A stretch of 57,154 nucleotides of DNA, filler included, from Piptocephalis cylindrospora (lineage: Eukaryota): the NCBI GenBank assembly GCA_003614145.1. It is 2 parts of 2 records of this genome, joined end to end, with 100 filler letters (N's around TTAATTAATTAA, not from the genome) between each part and the next. Parts side by side here need not be neighbours in the genome. Positions count along the whole stretch, not along the records: positions 28,652 to 57,154 come from KZ987761.1; 1 more part is not named here. One strand, 5' to 3'. How positions within the stretch are numbered: position 1 is the stretch's first letter; each line of letters opens with the position of its first letter. Below, in pieces: positions 50,601 through 57,154 of the stretch. The translations under genes and the position numbers were made by a program. The notes beneath the pieces were generated by a model. The model saw only the letters and a list, made by a program, of their open reading frames with translations. It was not told the origin of the DNA and ran no database searches.

Positions 50601-53600
50601 TTGAGTAACCAACGGAGAGAAGTGTGTCATCCCACGATCCAGATAGATTTGCCCGAGGGACACGGAAGATGAATTCACCTTGATGGACCCAAGGGCCTGG
50701 ACAGGCAGGGGCTGCAAGTCGAGGAGCTCGGTAAGGGCAGGGAAACGGGGAGGAACGTGGAGTTGTTGTAAAGAAATGGGAACCTTGACCTCGGTCCCGA
50801 TCCACCGATCGGCCTCGACATGGAGGATGTAGGCGGGGGCCCGAGGCTCGAGGAGGGGGAGGGTGAATCGAACCAGCTTTTCCACAGGCTCCTCCGAGGA
50901 GTTGGCCGGAGGAGGGGGTATCTCGATCAGCTCGCCATGTAGGAGTCTCTCCTCCTCAGGCCCTCCCACCCAGATCCACCAACCCATGGGGCCGGACCCG
51001 TGAATCCGACGATCCCAGGCAAAGTCCGGAACCAGAGAACATTCTACGGAAAGGAGGGAAGGGGTAAGGGGCTGGACGAGAACTTGGACCTCCAGACGGG
51101 GGACCCAATGGACGGCCCGATGGATCCTCCGACCCATCTGTAGAGTTCCGGACCCGCTGGATCCACCTGTACCCACGAGCTCTCCTAGCTCCTCAGGGGT
51201 AAGGTCACCCATGCGCTCCCAGGGAAAGTCACGCCGTTCGAGTCTTCGGACTACATCGGCGCTTAGGGCTGAGGCCCCTCCGGTAGGGGCGGTAGTAAGG
51301 GAGGGAAGATGGAGGAACTGACGTAAAGGGCTCTGAACAGGCCATTGCCGGTGCTCCACGGCATGGGCCAGGGCCAAGGCGGTGTGGGCCCGACTGGCCC
51401 ATCCACCCCTCCAGCATACCTCGAACATAGCACGTAGAAGCCGGCCGGCACTCTGAACAACGTAGGATCGGTCAGCGGCGAGAGCGGAGCCTTCGAGGGG
51501 AAGGCGACCAATATAGGCCTGAAGGAGGATGTTGACCTTAACAGAGCCTCCATGCCCCTCCTCTCCCTCTTCACCCTGAGCCAGGGCTTCACGAATGGGG
51601 ATGGGGACACGTTCAGTTAACCTTGCCACCTCCATCTTCTCTTCGGGTCGAATACCCAAACCGAGGAACTCATCGGCCCCAGCAAAGGTACGTAAAAGCT
51701 CCATCCAACCTATATCGCCTCCAAGGCCCATACCTGGGAGAGTTCCCGGGCCCGGAGTAGGGCCCCCCGGACTTTGCCCCACCTCCTCCAAGGAGGTCAC
51801 GAGCAAAGCGAGCCATGGTACCTGGCGAGCAGTAATATTGGGCACCGATACGACCTAGATCGGTGGGGCGAATCCTGCCGGATCTACGGTCGTACTGTAT
51901 CATCCTGGCACGCTCAAGCTGGGAGGCAGCGGCGTGAACGAGGTCGACGCGCCTTTGCAGTAGGCCAGTATCGGCTCCGTCAGCCTGATCGGCCGCACCC
52001 AGTCCGTAAAGGGGGCCAGAGGTAAGCATACGGACATAGAGGTAGGTGTAGCCGAGCCAGGCAACACCATCGGCTCTCGATCCAATGGTACCCCGAGAAA
52101 TCTCGGCGTTCAAGGCATCCGGAAGCTTAGAGATGAGCTGACTCTCAATAGGAAGCTGAGCAGTGAGGAGAGAGAGATAGTAAGGGAGCTCGCCAGCACC
52201 GGTAAGGATGATGCCTTCGCCCTCCCGATCATACTGAGGCCTTCCGGCTCGTCCAAGCATTTGAAGGACGTCCTGGGGCGAGAGTTCCTCCCATCTCCCG
52301 GATTCGGGGGAATAGACACGGGTACCACGGATGATGACAGTGGAGGCAGGGAGGTTCACACCCCAAGCCAAGGTGGCTGTGGAGACAAGGGTGGTGAGGT
52401 GACCCGAAGAAAAGAGGTCCTCCACGAGGGTCCTATCGGCCCTGGCCATGCCAGCATGATGAATACCAATGCCATGAGTGACGAGCTCACGCAGCTCACG
52501 ATCGGAGACTTCCCCAGCCATCTCCTCCAGGACAGCCCTACTGCCACCAGTCCCACCGCCGGGGATGAAGAGACCTGGGGAGCCCTCCTCGATGGCACGA
52601 TCCCGAAGAGCCCTTGCAGTCCTTCCGGTTTCCTTGCGGGAATGAACAAAAACGAGGACCTGGCGGGGGGTGGGAGCGCCAGCACGTTCAGAGACCCTGG
52701 CCCAGGTTTGCTCAGTGAGTCTTTGATGCCTCTTGACGGCACTTTTCCCCTCAACACCGACATAGAGAAGGCGAAGGGGGCATGGACGGTATCGGGCGTC
52801 AAAGTGATAGAGACCAGTCTTAGGGGAGACGCGGAGAAAAGCGCCTACATCCTGATAATTGGGGAGGGTGGCAGAGAGACCGACGAGACGAATGGCCGAG
52901 GCATCGCCACCCATTTCCTGGACGCGATCCTCGGATTCACGGAGGGTACGGGCGACGATGGATTCAAGGACAGGACCACGGGAATCATGGAGAAGATGAA
53001 CCTCATCAATGATGACGAGACGAACCCTCTGGAGGGCAGCACGGTCGGAGGGCCTTCGAGTGACTACATCCCATTTTTCAGGGGTGGTGACGACAATGGT
53101 AGTACGGTCCAGCTGCCAACGACTCAAGTGTCTATCTCCGGTCATTTCCTCAACGGTGGCGTGGAAGGGGGCCTGGGCTAGCCTACCCCGGAGATTTCCA
53201 ACGACCTCAGCGACTAGGGCCTTCATTGGAGCAACATAGACGATTTGGATGTTGTCAAAGTTAAATTTTGAAGATCCTAGAAAGACGGGGGGGAGGGGAT
53301 TAATCGATTGGTCAAAGTATCTGCCAATAAACGAAAAGCAGCTTACCATCTTGGGTGGAGAGAGTATGGACCTTGCCAAGTTCGCGCAGGATACAAAGCA
53401 TGGCAATATTGGTTTTACCGGCGCCGGTGGGGGCACAGACCAGGAGATTCTCATCACGCTGAAAGGCAGCAGGGTAGATGGAGGATTGGACGGGATTGAG
53501 GGACTTGATGCCGGGGAAACCAGGTTGAGCCCAAGAGGGTAGGTCCTCAAGGGAGATCAGGGTTTGATCGGAGGGGGGAAGACGAGGAGGGGGAGGGATA

Positions 53601-55189
53601 TGGATTTCCTCATAGCCCTGAAAGGACTTTTTGGAGGAGCCTTCAGGAAGGCGACATTGGCGATTGGTCATGGTGTGGCCACCGCGGGGGAAGGTGAGAG
53701 AGGGGAGATCGAGAAGACGTTTGGGGAGGATAGCATCGACTTTGGCTTCCTGTTTAATCCTTTGATCCCGACCTTGTCTTCGTAGATGATCCTGAGCGGT
53801 GTCAATGTCCATGCTGTCATCCTTGAGTTGATGTTCATGGGCTGGAGAGGGGCCGCTGAGAGCTTCGACGACCCAGGAAGCGCCAGCTTCGGTGGCCTGA
53901 GCCTCTAGACGAGCACGTTCCTCGCCATGGGGACCGGCACGCGCAAGGAGGGTGGCCCAGACGATGAGGGTACGATGTTGGATGAGGAGACGAACGAAGG
54001 GAAAGCGGTCAGCCTCGTAGCCAAGAAGCTGCAGAAGGGCATTTTCGCAACCACCGCGACCTAAACCAGATTCATCTGCGAGAAGCTTGAGGGCGGCATC
54101 CGCCTTCTCCTGGGCAATGAGGGGGTCACCGGGGAAGTAGGAGCCCATCTTTCGTTGTAGCCAATAGGCGTCGATTTGATGAACATCCAGGGATCCATCT
54201 TCTTCTGGAAGGGGTTTTTTAGATGAAGAGGGTTTGGTGGGGATGGAGGTATCGGTGGAGCCGATGAGGACTTGTTCTTCCTGAACAGAGCCCTCTTGGT
54301 CTTCCTGATCTTCTTCTTGGTCCTTATCCTCCTGATCAAACTCCTCGTCTTCCTCCTCCTCCTCCTCCTCCTCCTCGTCTTCCTCCTCCTCATCTTCATC
54401 AAAGACGACGGCTACACCCAATTCATCGTCCATACCGCCAGATTCATCGATTTGGGCTCCCTCGAGATGTGAGGAAGTTTGGGGCTTGACGCGTTGATCA
54501 TGGGATTCAGCGACCTGGGCATCGTAGTCGGTGAGACGGGAGGAAATGTTGAGAAGTTGAGAGAAGCGATCGGAAGGAAGAGAGTCCTTTGGAAGATCGA
54601 GGAGAAGTTCGACCTCACGCTTCCGATCGAGGTCACGTAATTCACGGTCATGGAGGATGACGAGGATCTGGTCGGCCATGCTCTGGAGTAAAGAGTGGGA
54701 TTCATCCTGGATGTGGGTGCGGATGAAGGCGAGGAGAAGACCGTAGGATTCCTGGGATTCCAGGGATTGGGGTTCGTACAACAGGTCTTCTCCCTCCTCC
54801 TCCGCGTCCAGATCGTCGGGACCACCCGGACCATCCAGAACCTCCCCTTCTGAGCCTAGACCGACCCTGGGGCCCAGAGCAAGGGCAGAGCCCAGGGCAG
54901 GACGGGATTTTGGATGACCAGGGATGGTGTGAGCAGCGCGTTTACCACGACGAGCCCCATATTTTGCGGCCGAGGAAGCGGGGCCCTTGCCCTTGTCCTG
55001 AGCCGAGGGAGGGGCAGCGCGGGCGGCCCTAGCACCAAAGGAGCCGGGATCAATTCGGCCGTGGAGGGTCTCTGGCTCCCCGGTGGGTTCCTGGTCCCGA
55101 CGAGGGAGTTCGGACCGATCAGCCTGGAGGACGAGGTTAGAATTGGCGGCGTATTGGTATTGTTGAGCGCGGGCAATCTCGTCCGCCAT
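47673..55189 (-). CDS. BRR2: U5 snRNP Ski2-like RNA helicase Brr2 (SNRNP200); exons 55189-53347, 53276 to about 51768, then a +1 frame change to 50462, 50376-49949, 49838-47673
   Basis: QYQYAANSNLVLQADRS start, PWI-like IDAYWLQR, APTGAGKT, IIDEVH, GLSATLPNY, QMLGRAGRPQYD, Sec63 domains, degenerate second cassette, YLMSDSYIGCDQEY end. Three clear GT..AG introns plus one unexplained frame change at about 51790-51720. Confidence 0.95.
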
Positions 55190-57154
55190 GATGAAGGGAG
55201 ATGATGGGGGAGATCAAGAGGGGGGGTGCGTTAGAGTACTCTTGGGGAGGAGTAGGGGGAGGGATGATCTGGGATTGTGGGGGATAGGAGGAGGAAGGGA
55301 GGGGATGAGGATGGAGTTGTTGTGATGTTTATGTGGGCCTTTTTTCAGGCGGTGAGGGCGAGAGTGAGAGGAGGTGGGGTGGTGGGGATGAAAAGGCGAG
55401 GAGGGCGGTGTGAGTGGGTTGGGTGGGGGGGGAGGGGATCAATGGTGCTGAACGCGAAGGCGTGGTGATTTTTCATGGCCAAGGGGATAATTTGGGAGGA
55501 AAGGATGATTTTGGAACTGGGGGTAATCTGGGCCGATTTGGACTTTTTACAAAGATGTATTTTTTGGACCAAATTGGAACTTTTAGAAATGTAACCTTAT
55601 TTAGACAGAACTGAGCTTTTTGGAAACGTGAATTTATTTAAACATCATTTGACCTATTTGGACATGTGGATGGGTGAATTTGGAAAAGCGGTGTCATTTA
55701 GTTTAGCATTGGAAAGATCAGACACAATATGCTCGATTCATCTCTGTCCTTTCTATTGGAGCGATATCTTCTCCGGATGAATGGGGATGATGGAATGAAT
55801 GGGGGGATAATCACGTCACTCTGCTTATTAGGCCTATTGATGAATGCATACGAGCCGACCTTCTTGACCAAGGACACATGGTTTGATCAAGCCGTGTCAA
55901 TGGACCGATAGACCTTTCATGCTTGATGAGTGGGGGTGGCTTATCCACCCCGCCATTTCCCTGTACATTCTCTATGGTAGGGGGAGGGTTCCAAGATGTT
56001 GTATTAGACTATGTACCTTTTCATTTCTCATTGGACATGTCTAGATGTGAATTCATTCACATGTTCAAGTCTATGAGAGCTCCAAGGGGTGCGCGCCTAT
56101 TCATTCACGTGTCCAGGAATCTGAGGGTATTCAAGACCTATTCATTCACGCCCCATTTCCGTGATGGCCCCTCATCCCATGGATGGACCATGCCAAGACC
56201 TGTTTTCCTCCTAGGGCCTGCTTCATCTACCCTCGTCTCCGAACGAGACCCATCAAAGTGGGAGAAAGCATTGTACATGAGGAATAGGTCAGTTCTCGTA
56301 CGAGAGAGAACTGTACCGCCCTCGGCCCCCCTCACCTTTCCTGAGGACAAGCAAGCACCTTGGCGCTGAAAGAGGAGAGAATCCATCTATTTTTAGACCC
56401 CATCATCCACACGACCTCTTCCCTTACGGGTACCCTTGGTCAAAGAGCACTGCTACCCCACATAAACTCGACCTCTCTCTCTCGCCCTTGACTTACACAG
56501 TACCCTGGGGTTCCCTCCTTACCTGGCCCAATGGGAATTGGAAGCGTGGGCCTATGTGTGTGGTGAGAACCCGTATGACTGGCTCTCCTCTCATTGCGGG
56601 TCATCGGCTATCATTATCAGATATGAGATGTATCCTCCTTGTCTATCACATGTCAGGATGGGGAGGGGACCCTTGATAGAAGGGGGAATGAGGCAGGGGG
56701 AGAGGGCTCCTTCTACCCATTCAATATGGTGTCATTTTCCTAATGGTGGGAACTGGGTGGGGAGAGGTTTGATTGCTCTTCATTCCGTGCTATCCCGACC
56801 TCGTCGTGTCACTCTATCGGAGGGCTTGCTGGTGTCAAAGCACCCCTGGTCCGTATCGTAAGCAAGTCACAGTCCGTTTTTCGTATCGTATATCGTGAGC
56901 GTCCTCCCCGCTCATTTCTTAGTGTCTTCCCCCACCCATTGTTCTTCATTCATCATCGTGAAGCGAACAAGCCGGCCCCCAGCTCATCACTCATCGACAC
57001 CACCGTGAGCAAATCCCAATCCGTCTCTTGTTCAACCGACCCCCTCCCTCTCATTCCATCTCACAAGTACATTCATCTCTCCATCATCACCCGGTCCTTT
57101 CCTAACCACCACTCAGATAACCCATCAACTCATACTCACCCGAAATAGCCCCCC

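Overview
Eukaryotic (fungal) genomic DNA with compact genes, short spliceosomal introns (the clear ones are 70-143 nt) and CT-rich leaders. The style suggests an early-diverging fungus such as Zoopagomycota; this is inference only. I can support 17 protein-coding genes: DCAF7/WDR68-like WD40, a single-pass membrane protein, a YANK/STK32 kinase, RRB1, mitochondrial SerRS, a C1 + Pex24/Pex30-like membrane protein, a G-alpha, two tandem intronless P450s, mitochondrial bL34, a gap-truncated TBC1D13-like RabGAP, CDC50/LEM3, an HMG-box protein, a CRH/UTR2 GH16, DGAT1, QCR8, a divergent DDT-WHIM-WSD chromatin-remodelling subunit, and BRR2 (18 loci if the two P450s are counted separately). There are also two tRNAs (Leu-AAG, Gly-GCC) and a 100-nt scaffold gap carrying an artificial TTAATTAATTAA spacer. 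The most striking observation is that the two adjacent large genes (BRR2 and the DDT gene) each contain a +1 reading-frame discontinuity, and each coincides with the same in-frame GGG-GGG-CCC 9-mer. This is a candidate +1 recoding signal; a systematic homopolymer error or atypical introns are the alternatives. Also notable: an I-helix Thr->Asn change in one P450 duplicate, the C1-peroxin fusion, a probable GC-AG intron, and a direct-repeat-flanked structured intergenic island.
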